Translations under genes and position numbers: made by a program
The notes under the pieces: model-generated
Databases searched by the model: none
What the model was told of the DNA's origin: nothing
Seen by the model: the letters and a program-made list of their open reading frames with translations, nothing else
Source of the DNA: an uncultured delta proteobacterium
GTDB taxonomy: Bacteria; Myxococcota; Myxococcia; Myxococcales; Myxococcaceae
DNA: 64,000 nucleotides
NCBI GenBank assembly: GCA_963776345.1
Contig: CAVZMH010000019.1
Span: forward strand, 1-64,000
Direction: 5' to 3'
In this document: in pieces, positions 10,396-23,234 of the stretch
How the letters are laid out: every line of letters starts with the position of its first letter
Numbering within the stretch: the first letter of the stretch is position 1

Positions 10396-11803
10396 TCAGG
10401 CCTCGTACAGCAAGTCCATGCACCAGTTCAAAATCTCTTGGACCATGTCGCGCATCTCGACCGCGCTCGCCAGCCCATAGATGGGCCCCAGCCCCTCGGG
10501 CGCGTCCGGGTGCTGCTTGACGTGCTCGATGGCGGCCTTCAAGTCTTCGATAAAGCGCTCCTTGACGCCGGGCTGGGTGTGCCGCAGCGTGAGGCAGATG
10601 TGGACGCTCGGCGGCAGGTGCAAGCCGTTCAAGCCCCAGTGCCGCTGCGACATAAATTCCGAGATCTTGTAGACGTTGAGCGTCTCGGATCGAAACGCAA
10701 TCAGAAACAGTGGGTCGCCGATGATCTTGATCTCTGGAATCTTGCGCATTTCTTGCTTGAGCCACGCCGTCGTTTCCAAAATGCGCCGCGCGGCTTCCAG
10801 GTAGCCTTGTTCGCCCATCGAAACCATGGCCGCCCAGCACGCCGCGCTCAACGCGCCCGGCCGGCTTCCGGCGAAGGTCGGCGAAAAGTAAATCCCACCC
10901 GGCCAATCGGCCACGGAGAAATACTGATAGTGCCGCAAGTCCGTGCCGCGATACAAGATCACCGACGTGCCCTTGGCCGCGTAACCGTACTTGTGTGTGT
11001 CCGCCGAAATCGAGGTCACGCCGGGCAAGCGAAAGTCGAACGGCGGGACGTTGTAGCCGAGCTTTTCCGCCCACGGCAACAGGAACCCGCCCAGGCAGGC
11101 ATCGGTGTGAAAGCCGCAGCCGTGTTGACGCGCCAACTCGGACAGCTCTTCAATCGGGTCAACGATGCCATGCGGGAACGGCGGGGCCGACCCGACGAGC
11201 GCGATGGTGTTCTCTGTCATCGCGGCCTTGGTCGCCGCCACATCGGCGCGCATGTCCGGGCCGACCGGAATGCGGATCGTCTTGATGCCAAAGTACTCGG
11301 CGGCTTTGTCGAACGCCGCGTGCGCCGTCGTCGGCGCAATGATCTCTGGCTGCGTGATGTGCTTCTTGTCCCGCGCCCAATCGCGATAGGTCTTCATCGC
11401 CAGCAGGATGCTTTCCGTCCCGCCCGATGACAGCGTGCCCACGATATTGTCGTCGGTCTTGTCCGCGCCCAACATGCCCGCCGTCATCGAAACAATCTCG
11501 GCCTCGTACTTGGTCGTGCTCGGCCACACGTCGGCGTGCAGCGGATTGCTTTGCGAGTTGATGGCGTACACGCGATTGAGAAAGTCCACGTGCGTGTCGT
11601 CGCCGTGATACACCCCGCCCGATACGTACCCGTCCTTCCATCGAGCTTTCTCGATGGCGCAGAGCTTCTCCATTTCGGCGAGGATGGCTTCCCGATCCAT
11701 CCCCGCTTCCGGCAGGCGCGAGAAACTGACGAAATCCTTCCTTGTAAGGCTTGAGCCATTTTTGCATATCGGCGGCCATTCCGTCCAACAGGTCGGCTTC
11801 CAT
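10396..11803 (-). CDS. PLP-dependent sphingosine-1-phosphate lyase-like enzyme (frameshift near 11730)
   Basis: [40 protein letters not shown] (PLP Lys), GSRPG. Confidence 0.9.
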
Positions 11804-11832
11804 GGATTCCTCCCAGGTGAGATGTTTGAGCG

Positions 11833-12585
11833 CTAGTGAGATCGGTTGAGCGTGTGATAGAGTCCGCGCAGCGAGCGATACACCTGCCGGTAGGCTGCGT
11901 ACAACTCGTCATAGGTGGCGCGCGGAGCAGGATCGGGCTTGACGACGTGACCGGCGGGCACGAGCGACTTGACAGACTCGATGTTGGGATAGAGGCCCAG
12001 CCCGACGGCCGCAATCAGCGCCGCGCCCACCGCCGAAGCTTCCTGCGGGTCCGGCACGCTTTCCAGCGTCCGGCCCGTCACGTCGGCGACGATTTGCAGC
12101 CACGGCAACCCGCGTGCGCCTCCGCCGATGACGCGCAGCGGGTCGGGTTTGAACCCGTACAGCTCGGCAATGTTTTCCAGAATCCAGCGCACGTTGTAAG
12201 CCACGCCTTCATAGATGGCGCGCGCCATCTGCGTGCGCGTGTGGTTCGATCCCAGGTTGATGAACGCAGCGCGCAGGCTCTCATCGGCCACGGGACAGCG
12301 CTCGCCGTACATCCACGGCGTAAAGATCAACCCGCCCGCGCCGGGCGCTGTGCCGGCAACGTCTTGGTCCATCCGCTGAAAAGTGGCCGAGTCTGCATCG
12401 GCGCAATACAACTCTTTGGCCGCCCACTTGACACACGCGCCGGCGGTTTCTGTTTCGGCGATGAGCAGCAGCTTGTTGGGGTCAGCCGATTGAATCGAGA
12501 CGATGCCGCGTTTGCCGTTTACACGCTTGCTGGAGGTGATGCCGACAAACCCCGAAGTCCCCAGGCAGACAAAGCCATCGGCATG
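11833..12585 (-). CDS. FGGY-family carbohydrate kinase (xylulokinase-like), C-terminal half only
   Basis: VCLGTSG, FTPWMYGERCP, RAIYEGVAY, VIGGGARG, SAVGAALIA. The N-terminus is replaced by spoVR sequence. Confidence 0.85.
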   Translation of the reverse strand, partial: HADGFVCLGTSGFVGITSSKRVNGKRGIVSIQSADPNKLLLIAETETAGACVKWAAKELYCADADSATFQRMDQDVAGTAPGAGGLIFTPWMYGERCPVADESLRAAFINLGSNHTRTQMARAIYEGVAYNVRWILENIAELYGFKPDPLRVIGGGARGLPWLQIVADVTGRTLESVPDPQEASAVGAALIAAVGLGLYPNIESVKSLVPAGHVVKPDPAPRATYDELYAAYRQVYRSLRGLYHTLNRSH

Positions 12586-13257
12586 CTTCTTCTTCGCCTT
12601 CTCGTCCTCGACCTTCTTCCGCTGCGACTCGAGGAACTCGAGGGGGTTCACGTAGCCGCGCATGTACTCGCGGTCGACCCGGAAGCCCTCCACCCGCTCG
12701 TTGCTCTTCTCCTCCTGCTCGGCCCGCTTGGGGTCCGGCGAGCGGCGGATGTAGGGCGAGTGGTAGTCGATCAGGTTCTCGAGACTCAGCGCCCGGTCGA
12801 TGAAGTCCTCGACCTTCTCGATGCCCACCTTGTCCACCCAGCGCCGGACGCGGGTGGCGTGGTTGGCCATCTCGTCCATCATCCGGCGGTTGGTGTGCTG
12901 GAAGTAGAAGTTGTTCTTGAAGAAGTCGCAGTGCCCGTAGACGTGGGCCATCACCAGCTTCTGGTCGACCTCTGCATTCGACTCGAGCAGGTACGCGTAG
13001 CAGGGCTCGTTGTTGATCACCAGCTCGTAGATCTTGGAGAGCCCGTACTCGTACCCTTTGCTGAGCTGCTCGTACTCCATGCCCCAGCGCCAGTGCGGGT
13101 AGCGGTTGGGGAAGCCGCCGTACGAGGCGACCATGTTCAGCTCGTCGTAGCCCAGCATCTCGAAGACGGTCTCGAAGAAGTCCAGCCCGAAGCCCCGGGC
13201 GTATCCCTCGATCTCCTCCTTCATCTGCGCCAGACGGGGCGTGAGGCTCTTCGGCAT
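12586..13257 (-). CDS. spoVR: SpoVR family protein, N-terminal ~224 aa, truncated at the junction
   Basis: YGGFPNRYPHWRWGMEY, KIYELVINNEPCYAYL, VMAHVYGHCDFFKNN. Confidence 0.9.
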
Positions 13258-14366
13258 CAGCGCCCCTTCCCGAGGAAGTCCTTGATCGACTGGTAGATCC
13301 CGTCCTTGTCGGCGATCTCCGAGAGCGCCACGTTCTCCGAGTCGCCTACCGTCTCCCGCAAGTCCTTGATGAACTGGCCCGAGCCGTAGGGGCTCTCCAC
13401 CTGCCCGTAGGCGAACTGGTTCACCGCCGGGAGGATGTCGGTCTTCAGCATCTCGATGCAGTGGCGGGTGTCGTCGGCGCTCCAGTTGTCCCCGTCGCTG
13501 AAGTGGAAGGGGTAGATGTTCCAGCTTCCGGGCGGGTAGTCGGCGCGGATGATGTCCCGGCAGAGCTTGTAGGCCGAGCTGATCATCGTCCCGCCGGACT
13601 CACGGGTGTGGAAGAAGGTCTCCCGGTCCACCTCGCGGGCCACAGCGTCGTGGATGATGTACCGGCACTCCAGCCCCTTGTACTGGTGCCGCAGCCAGGT
13701 ATCGAGCCAGAAGCTCTCGATGCGGACGATCTCCTTCTGCTCGTCGCCCATCGAGCCACTGACGTCCATCATGTAGACGATGACCGCGTTGGTCTCCGGC
13801 AGGTTCTGGAGCCGGTAGCTCCGGTACCTCCGGTCCTCCCGGGTGGGGACGATGATCGGCATCTTCGGGTCGTAGGTCCCGAGCGCGATCTGCCGCCGCA
13901 GCGCCTGCTTGAAGGTGCGCTTGAAGTGGCGCAGCGACTCGGGGCCGGTGGTGTTGACCCCGGTGTACTTGATCTTCTGCGCGACCACCTGCTCCTTGCC
14001 GCGCCGCTCGATGTTGGGGAGCTGCAGCTCCTCCCCGAGGATGCTGGCCAGCTCCTCGAGGCTGACGTCCACCTCCAGCGCGTGGTCTCCCTCGCCCTGG
14101 CCGGCCTTGTGCCCGTCGCCGGGCTGCACCGCCCCCGGGGAGAGCTGCTGGCCCACCTCGCCCTCGCCCTGACCGACGCCGCCTTGCTCCTTGTGGCCGT
14201 ACTTGAAGTGGGGGATGTCGATGAAGGGGATGGGGATGGAGATGGTGTCCTTCCCCTTCTTCCCCAGCATCTCGCCCTTCTGCACGTACCGGCGCAGGTT
14301 GGCTTTGATCTTCCCCCGGACGATCTGCTTGAAGCGCGAGTGGTCCTGATGGATCTTCAGCGACAC
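13257..14366 (-). CDS. yeaH: YeaH/YhbH (DUF444) vWA-like protein
   Basis: [37 protein letters not shown]; lies between prkA and spoVR. Confidence 0.92.
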   Translation of the reverse strand: MSLKIHQDHSRFKQIVRGKIKANLRRYVQKGEMLGKKGKDTISIPIPFIDIPHFKYGHKEQGGVGQGEGEVGQQLSPGAVQPGDGHKAGQGEGDHALEVDVSLEELASILGEELQLPNIERRGKEQVVAQKIKYTGVNTTGPESLRHFKRTFKQALRRQIALGTYDPKMPIIVPTREDRRYRSYRLQNLPETNAVIVYMMDVSGSMGDEQKEIVRIESFWLDTWLRHQYKGLECRYIIHDAVAREVDRETFFHTRESGGTMISSAYKLCRDIIRADYPPGSWNIYPFHFSDGDNWSADDTRHCIEMLKTDILPAVNQFAYGQVESPYGSGQFIKDLRETVGDSENVALSEIADKDGIYQSIKDFLGKGR

Positions 14367-14368
14367 CG

Positions 14369-16429
<2,061 letters not shown>

Positions 16430-16677
16430 GTCTCGTCTCATCCCTTCATGGACCTCCCGCGTGAACGGGCGCCATAGAACCCCACACCGGCGCGGGGTTG
16501 GACCGCGCGAGCGTGTCCGGTGCTGAGGGGGCGGACGGCTCCCGGAGGACCGGGGGGGCGCCGTCCCGCGCGACCGGGACGCGGGGTGGAGACTTCCTGA
16601 CTCCCGGAAGCTTATGCCGTCCGCCGCAGCGCTTCCAATGCCCCCCGGGTCCCTGCTAGGCGCACCTCCACAGATCG

Positions 16678-18267
16678 ATGCCCACCCCGTCCGTCGCTCC
16701 CCGGATCGAGGAGCCCTCCGTGGCCGGCTCCCCTCCCCGCGTGTCGAGCGAGGAGGCGAGAGCGGTCTGGAGCCTCCTCGTCGCCTGTGCCCTGGTCCTC
16801 CTCCCCCGGCTGGCGGTCTTTCCCTGGAGCGAAAACCTCTACGGCGACGCGGTGGTCCGCACCGAGCTCGCCCAGCGGTGGCTGGCCAACCCACACTGGA
16901 TCGCCCACATGGACGACGGCGCCTACCAGTACGGGCCGTTGCACGTCTATCTGCTATCCGGGGCGCTCGCCCTGGGCATCGACCGGGAGGACGCCGGCCG
17001 CTGGGTGAGCCTCCTCTTCGGGGTGCTCTCGGTCCTGCCGCTCTGGTCGCTCTCTCGGCGGCTGGGAGGGGCCCAGGCCGCCTGGTGGGCCACGGCGGGG
17101 CTGGCGCTGTGGGGCATGCACATCCAGATGTCCACCACCGCCGGGAGCGAGTCGGTGGGCCTCTTCTTCGTGCTCTGGTGCCTGGCGCTCCTCGCCGAGG
17201 CGCTGGAGGAGAACCGGTTCGCCCCCCTGTTCGGCAGCGCGCTGGTGCTGAACCTCGCCTGCGCGGTGCGGTACGACTGCTGGCTGCTCATCCCGCTGCT
17301 CTCGGTGCTGCTCCTGCTCGGCGACCGGGACCGGGTGGCGGCCGTCACCCGCTCGGTCTGCTACGGGCTGCTCTCCATCCCCTTCGTCGCCGCGTGGATG
17401 CAGGGAAACGAGCGGGCCAAGGGCGACCCGTTCGCGCCCATCCGGTACATCGAGAGCTACCACAAGGCCTGGGTGGCGGCCGGCGTGGCTCGCTGGACCT
17501 CGGCCGGGTACCGCGCCCAGAACCTCTTCTTCTGGCCGGGCGTGGCGCTCTTCACGCTCTCGCCGCTCATCGCCTGGTTCGGGATGCGGGGGATGGTGCG
17601 GGTCTGGCGGCAGCGGCCGGAGTACCGCTGGCTGATCTGGGTGGTGCTGGTCCCGACCGCGTACTTCACCTTCCGCAGCGTGGTGCTCCTCGACTTCGTC
17701 CCCCTCGCCCGGTTCGCCGTCACCCAGGTGGCGCTCCTCCTGCCCTTCGTGGGCGCAGGGTACCTGGCCACGGTGGAGGGTCGCTCCGTCGGCGCGCGGA
17801 GGGCCTGGGCCGGCGCGGCGCTCGGGCTGGCGGTGCTCTTCCCGGTGGTGGTCGCGGTCCTCACCACGCACCGCGAGGACCAGGTGGCGAGCTCGCTCCG
17901 TCCGGTGAGCCCGGTGTCGACCAACCCGCCCGGGGTGATGCAGGTCGCCCGCTGGCTCAAGGCCGAGGTGGCGCCGGTGGGCGGGGCGGCGGCGCTCGAC
18001 GTGGACGATCAGTACTGGGACCTTCAGATCGCCTTCTTCAGCGGGCTTCCCGACACCCGCATCGCCCGGATCCGCTGGGACATCTTCCGGAAGCAGCTCG
18101 CCGAGCAGCGGCCCGAGGTCCTGGTGCGCCGCGAGGGCGGGGCGCTGGAGAAGGAACCGGACTTCCTGCTCCAGGGCGATACCATCTCCTTCGACGGGGA
18201 CGGCTGGGAGGAAGTCTCCGGCTTCCAGCGTCCCTGGCACGTCTACCGCCGCGCCGGCACCCACTAG
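16678..18267 (+). CDS. GT39/ArnT-like membrane glycosyltransferase
   Basis: Multi-TM protein with GDA...GPLHVY, SESVGLF and VRYDCW; GT-C architecture. Confidence 0.7.
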   Translation: MPTPSVAPRIEEPSVAGSPPRVSSEEARAVWSLLVACALVLLPRLAVFPWSENLYGDAVVRTELAQRWLANPHWIAHMDDGAYQYGPLHVYLLSGALALGIDREDAGRWVSLLFGVLSVLPLWSLSRRLGGAQAAWWATAGLALWGMHIQMSTTAGSESVGLFFVLWCLALLAEALEENRFAPLFGSALVLNLACAVRYDCWLLIPLLSVLLLLGDRDRVAAVTRSVCYGLLSIPFVAAWMQGNERAKGDPFAPIRYIESYHKAWVAAGVARWTSAGYRAQNLFFWPGVALFTLSPLIAWFGMRGMVRVWRQRPEYRWLIWVVLVPTAYFTFRSVVLLDFVPLARFAVTQVALLLPFVGAGYLATVEGRSVGARRAWAGAALGLAVLFPVVVAVLTTHREDQVASSLRPVSPVSTNPPGVMQVARWLKAEVAPVGGAAALDVDDQYWDLQIAFFSGLPDTRIARIRWDIFRKQLAEQRPEVLVRREGGALEKEPDFLLQGDTISFDGDGWEEVSGFQRPWHVYRRAGTH

Positions 18268-18277
18268 AGGGCCTCTC

Positions 18278-19786
18278 ATGACCCAGGCAGCCCCCGCCGT
18301 GACCCGCCCGGATGCGCGCACGCCGCCGAAGTGGGTGTCCTTCACCGTCCTGTTCCTGATCGAGATGTGGGAACGGTTCGGCTACTACGGGATGACCGCG
18401 GTCGTCGTCCTGCACATGGTCCGGAAGCTCGGCTACAGCGACGCCGACGCCGTGCTCACCTTCGGGGCGTTCGTGGCCATGGCCTACGCCTCGCCGGCGG
18501 TCGGCGGCTGGCTCGGCGACAAGGTGCTGGGCACCCGGCGGATGACCGTCATCGGAGCGACCATCCTGGCCATCGGTTACGCGATGCTCGCGACGCCGAA
18601 GGTGCCGCTCTTCGTCGCCCTCGGCGTGGTCGCGGTGGGAAGTGGCCTGTTCAAGCCCAACCCGGCCAACCTGGTCTCGAAGGTCTACGAGGGGGATCCG
18701 GCCAGGATCGATTCGGCCTTCACGCTCTACTACATGGCGGTGAATCTCGGCTCCACGCTCTCGACCATCGCCACGCCGCTGATCCAGGAGAAGGTGAGCT
18801 CGGAGGCCGCGTTCGCCGTCTGCGCCGGGGGGCTGGTGCTCGGCATCCTCAACTACTTCTTCATGTCGCGGTTCCTCCGGCACGTGGGCTCGCCGCCGGA
18901 CTTCCAGCCGTTCCCCTGGGGCAAGTTCGTGCTGATCGATCCTGGGATGCGTGCTCGCCGTGGGCTTCGTCTCGCTGGTCGTCCGGAACCTGGCGGTCGC
19001 CAGGGCGATGGTGTGGCTGGCGAGCCTGGTGATGGTGGGGATCTTCGTGGTGCTCATCCGGAACAGCACGCCGAAGGAGCGCAGCGGGATGCTCGCGGTC
19101 CTGGTGCTGACAGCCCAGACGATGATCTTCTTCATCTTCTACCAGCAGACCTCGACCTCCCTGACGCTGTTCGCCTACCGCAACGTCGACCTGAGCTTCC
19201 TCTTCGGCTACCAGGTGCCGCCCGGCCAGGTGCAGGCGCTGAACCCCATCTGGATCTTCATCCTCAGCCCTCTCCTCGCGTGGGCGTACACCCGCCTGGG
19301 CAAGCGTTCCGGAGGAGATTTCCCGGTGGCGCTCAAGTTTGCGCTCGGCTTCGTGGTGCTCGCGCTCGGCTTCTTCGTCTACGGCGGCTGCGGCTACTTC
19401 GCCGGTCCGGACGGCAGGGTCTCGCTGTGGTGGATGATCCTTGGGTACGGACTCGCCTGCCTGGGTGAGCTGCTGATCAGCGGGCTGGGGCTGGCGATGG
19501 TCGCACGGTACGTGCGCCCGAGGCTTCGCGGCCTGGTGATGGGGACCTGGTTCCTCGCGACCGGGATCTCGCAGTACCTCGGAAGCCAGGTCGCGAAGCT
19601 CGCGAGCCCGCACGCATCGGCGTGACCGACCCCATCCAGACGCTGCCCCTCTACATGCGCCTCTTCTTCGGGCTCGGGGGATTCGCGGTGTTCGGGGCGG
19701 CACTGTCCTTCGCGGTGCTCCCGCTCATGAAGCGACTGTCCGCCGAGTCGGCCCAGGAAGAGCCGCCGGCGGCGGCCGCCGCCTGA
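18278..19786 (+). CDS. POT/PTR proton-dependent oligopeptide transporter (frameshifts near 18945 and 19620)
   Basis: ExxERFxYYG motif (EMWERFGYYG), GGWLGDKVLG, GSGLFKPN, YYMAVNLGS, QALNP, GELLISGLG. Confidence 0.9.
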
Positions 19787-19799
19787 GCGACGCCACCGG

Positions 19800-20748
19800 G
19801 GCGTCGCGACCGGGGCCCGATCGGAGCCGGTCGACGAGCGCTCTGTAGCGACTGGCTGCCGTTCCGTGGGTCGCCCCGTTGCCGCGTTCGCCGGGGGAAC
19901 GGCCGGTGGTGCACGGCGCGCCAGTGGGCGGCCGGGGTGACTCCGAGCTCTCGCCGGAAGGCGCGAGAGAGCGCCTGGCGGCTGCCAAAGCCGCAGGCCG
20001 CGGCGACGTGAGCGAGGTCGGTCTCGCCGGCGCGGAGGAGCTCCGCAGCGCGGCGGACCCGCGCCTGACGCAGGAACGTCGAAGGGCGGGTTCCAGCGAG
20101 CTGCGCCACCCGAGCACGTGTCCGCTGACGGGAGCGCCGATTGCACGTGCCACGGTGCCCACGGTCGCCCCCGGCCGGCTCGCCTCGCCGAGCTGCTCCC
20201 GGAGGAGCGGGTCGGCGAGCATCCGGTACCAGCCCCGGTCCGTCCACGACTGCGTCCGTGGACGTGCACCCGGAGCGCCTGGATGAAGAGGATCTCGCAG
20301 AGGCGGCTGGCGACCGCGCGGCCGCCGAGCGTGGGCCTGGCCAGCTCCTCCACGGAGGGTGTGCATGGACGGCGAGAAGGACCGTGGAATCGTCCCCGCG
20401 CTCGTCCGGATCAGCCGCGGGGAAGGACGCGAGCATCGGATGCCCCAGCGGCGCCTCGAGTTGAACCCGGGCCGACAGCACCTCCGGCGGGTCCGACTCG
20501 GAAGCTGGCCGGAGCGCGCCGCGCATCCCCCGGTTCACGACGAGCAGCTCGCCGTCGTCCAGACGGTGGCGCCAGAGGTGCACGTCGACGTCGATGACAC
20601 AGGTTCCACGGAGAACCACGTGCAGCGACAGCGCGTCCAGAGGGAACACCCGGCGCCATGGCCTGGCGCCTGGCGGATCGACCATGAGGACGCATCGAAG
20701 CTTCAGCTCCTCGAGCGCCGCCGCGAGCGCATCGTGCCCCGGGTCCAT
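19800..20748 (-). CDS. AraC-family regulator with cupin N-terminal domain (frameshifted; 3' end uncertain)
   Basis: LHVVLRGTC cupin strand, ASRLCEILFIQALR, VAAACGFGSRQALSRAFRRELGVTPAAHWR HTH. Confidence 0.8.
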
Positions 20749-20821
20749 GAACGAGCGCAGGAGCAAGAAGCGCGCGCACGGCGGTGCCGGAGTGACGCCA
20801 GGCCGCGCTCGGGAAACATCA

Positions 20822-21068
20822 TGGAACGGTCGCCCGGGGGAGGGGTCGCAGGTGCCGCCAGAGCGTTCCATCCGGTTTCCCGACCCGAGGATGCGAGCCC
20901 GACGTGAGTGTCTTGCCGTGCGGCGGACGATGCCGGCGTCCACGATCGCGGACGATTCCTGCCGCATCGGGACTCACGCGGACGGCGGAAGGTTCCCCAG
21001 CTGAGGTTGGGAGCCCGAACGGAACGCTCTGGCGGCACCTGCGACCCCTCCCCGGGGGGACCGCTCCA
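20822..21068. repeat. ~48-bp near-perfect inverted repeat pair (20822-20869 / 21021-21068)
   Basis: ggaggggtcgcaggtgccgccagagcgttcc is the reverse complement of ggaacgctctggcggcacctgcgacccctcc. Confidence 0.85.
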
Positions 21069-21214
21069 AAATGCTTCTCCGACTGCGAGCGGGAAACATC
21101 GACCTCGACCCGGCGACCCGACCTGGGTGGACGTCACGGGCGCGGCCGACCCCTGACCGTGGGTCAGAGGCCGGCGCCGCGCACCGACTTCCGGCCGCCT
21201 CGGGGCGACGCGCC

Positions 21215-23017
21215 TCAGGCCTTCCGGATCCAGCCGTGCCGGGTGTGGCTCGGCGTCGGTCCCGCGGCCAGGTAGCGCTCGCGGAGCTTGCTCAGCACGT
21301 CGTTGAGCGCGAACTGCGGGAACTCCATCGTCTTCTTCAGCGCGATGGGGATCAGGGACTCGAAGTTCATCGGCACCGGGTGGTAGCGGTGATCGTTCTC
21401 GTCCTCGCAGTCACGGTCGGGGGTCACCAGCCTGCCGTCCACGTTCTTGATCCCGTAGAGCCGGGCGTTGTTCAGGCCGAAGATCTTCCGCTTCGCCCGC
21501 TCGGTGAGCGCGGGATAGCCGTAGCGTTCCTGCATCGCCCGCGGGATCTGGAACCGCCACAGCGCCTCGATCTGCCACTGCGGCGAGCCGTACCACACCG
21601 AGTCGGAGCCGAAGAGCACCCGGTCCTCGCCAAAGAACTTCAGCGCCTGGCCGAGGATGTGGGCGCAGACCGAGGGGAAGGTGATCACCGACGAGGCGAA
21701 GGTGGTCCCCAGCTCGGCGTACACGTTGGGGAACGGCGCGCAGTCGACCAGGAAGCGGGTGGTCCAGAGGATGTCCGGCACGCCCTGCCGGGTGTTGCCG
21801 GACTGGACGTCGAGCAGCGCGTTCCGGACCCAGAAGCCGGGGCGGATGCACGAGTGGTAGATGAGGAAGTTGAGCTGGGGCCAGTCACGCGCCGCCTTGG
21901 GGATGTCGCTCGGGAAGCCCGCCGTCGCCGAGGAAGGACTGTCCGGGGCGTTGGTGGCCAGGCCCTTGTGGATGCAGATGTTGTAGAAGCCCGGGTGCGA
22001 CCGCAGGTATTGGCGGTACTCGGGCGCGGTGATCACCTCGTACATCGGGTAGGCCACCTGCTCGTCGTCCAGCACCCAGGTGGTCATCAGGCTGTTCGGG
22101 TCGCTGTCCAGCTTGGCCGAGTTCGCCGAGGTGTAGCCCTTCCACGAGTCGGGGCGGAGGTTCTCAATCTGCCAGCGGTGGTAGTCCCCGTAGACGGGAT
22201 CCACCTGGTTCCCGCGGCCCGGGTAGAGCTGCCCGTGGGCGAGCATCCGGGTGGAGCCGGCGATCTGGTTGACCCAGTCGCGGACCGACGCCGTCTGGGT
22301 GGCGGAGAGGAACTCGCCTGCCTCGGACTCCTTGATGTTCTTCGGCGCCCGCGGCGTGCCCTGATCCGGCACCGCGGCCGAGGTGTTGTTGCTGAGGATT
22401 CCGATGGTGACCTGGCTGTCCAGGTACACGTCCTTCATGAACTGCACGAGCTGGAAGTTCAGGTTCAGGTTGGGCAGGCCGACCAGCGCGGGGTTCCAGG
22501 GCGTATTGATCCCGCCCAGCTCGTCCGGGAGGTCGGTGGCGTTGAGCCCGCTGTGATTCCCCTCCGCGATGTCCCGGAGCGCGTTCCCGGGCCCCGTCCG
22601 GCTGGAGCGGATGGTGTGCAGCTGATCGTCGAGGATGAACAGGTCACGGGGCGGTCCGTGCAGGCCGTGCGCCCCGTTCTCGTAGGCCTCGTCCTTGCTC
22701 ACCTTGAAGTACTCGGCGCCGTGGGCCTCGTTCATCGCCAGGAAGGAGACCGCGAAGCCGCCGGTGCCTGCCAGGAACTGCCGTCGGCTGACTCCCAGCC
22801 GCCGGGCGGCGATGTCGGCCAGCTCGAAGATCCGGCGCTCCACCTGCTTCTGCTCGGGCGTCTGTGGATTCGGCAGGTATTCGCCGTTGGACACCATCTG
22901 GGTGGGGATGGGCGACCTCAGCTCGTCCCGCGCCTCATCGGCGGGCTCGAGGTGTTCGAGCTGCTCCTCGCTGAACCACGACTCCTCTTCGCGCGACCCC
23001 GGCACCTTCCTCGGCAT
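21215..23017 (-). CDS. Amidohydrolase-2 family protein with an internal twin-arginine-like segment
   Basis: PIPTQMVSNGEY, SRRQFL, ICIHKG, FLIYHS, NVYAELG, VLFGSDSVWYGSPQW, KIFGLNNARLY. Confidence 0.85.
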   Translation of the reverse strand: MPRKVPGSREEESWFSEEQLEHLEPADEARDELRSPIPTQMVSNGEYLPNPQTPEQKQVERRIFELADIAARRLGVSRRQFLAGTGGFAVSFLAMNEAHGAEYFKVSKDEAYENGAHGLHGPPRDLFILDDQLHTIRSSRTGPGNALRDIAEGNHSGLNATDLPDELGGINTPWNPALVGLPNLNLNFQLVQFMKDVYLDSQVTIGILSNNTSAAVPDQGTPRAPKNIKESEAGEFLSATQTASVRDWVNQIAGSTRMLAHGQLYPGRGNQVDPVYGDYHRWQIENLRPDSWKGYTSANSAKLDSDPNSLMTTWVLDDEQVAYPMYEVITAPEYRQYLRSHPGFYNICIHKGLATNAPDSPSSATAGFPSDIPKAARDWPQLNFLIYHSCIRPGFWVRNALLDVQSGNTRQGVPDILWTTRFLVDCAPFPNVYAELGTTFASSVITFPSVCAHILGQALKFFGEDRVLFGSDSVWYGSPQWQIEALWRFQIPRAMQERYGYPALTERAKRKIFGLNNARLYGIKNVDGRLVTPDRDCEDENDHRYHPVPMNFESLIPIALKKTMEFPQFALNDVLSKLRERYLAAGPTPSHTRHGWIRKA

Positions 23018-23234
23018 GTGTGCGCCCTCCGCCGGTGGGGCTCGGGCCCGGACGGGCTGCCCGGTCGAGTCCTACCGGCGCGCAGCGGTACGTCCCGATC
23101 GATGCGGGATCAACGACCAAGTTCGTCCCGGGATCCGGGCGCGTGCTGGCGCGTTGGTCGGCGACGGACCTGCCGCAGCGCGGCTTGCCTCGTACTCCTG
23201 CGTCGAGATTGCCGCGACGCGCTGCCGCCCGGAC

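Noticed and set aside
12581..12586. GCATGC (SphI/NlaIII) site at the junction suggesting a ligation artefact
   Set aside because: A short site that occurs elsewhere by chance; it cannot be supported without library information.
11833..13257. SpoVR-sugar kinase as a novel fusion enzyme
   Set aside because: Both halves are truncated mid-domain and the fusion coincides with a genome-wide compositional switch; a chimera is more parsimonious.
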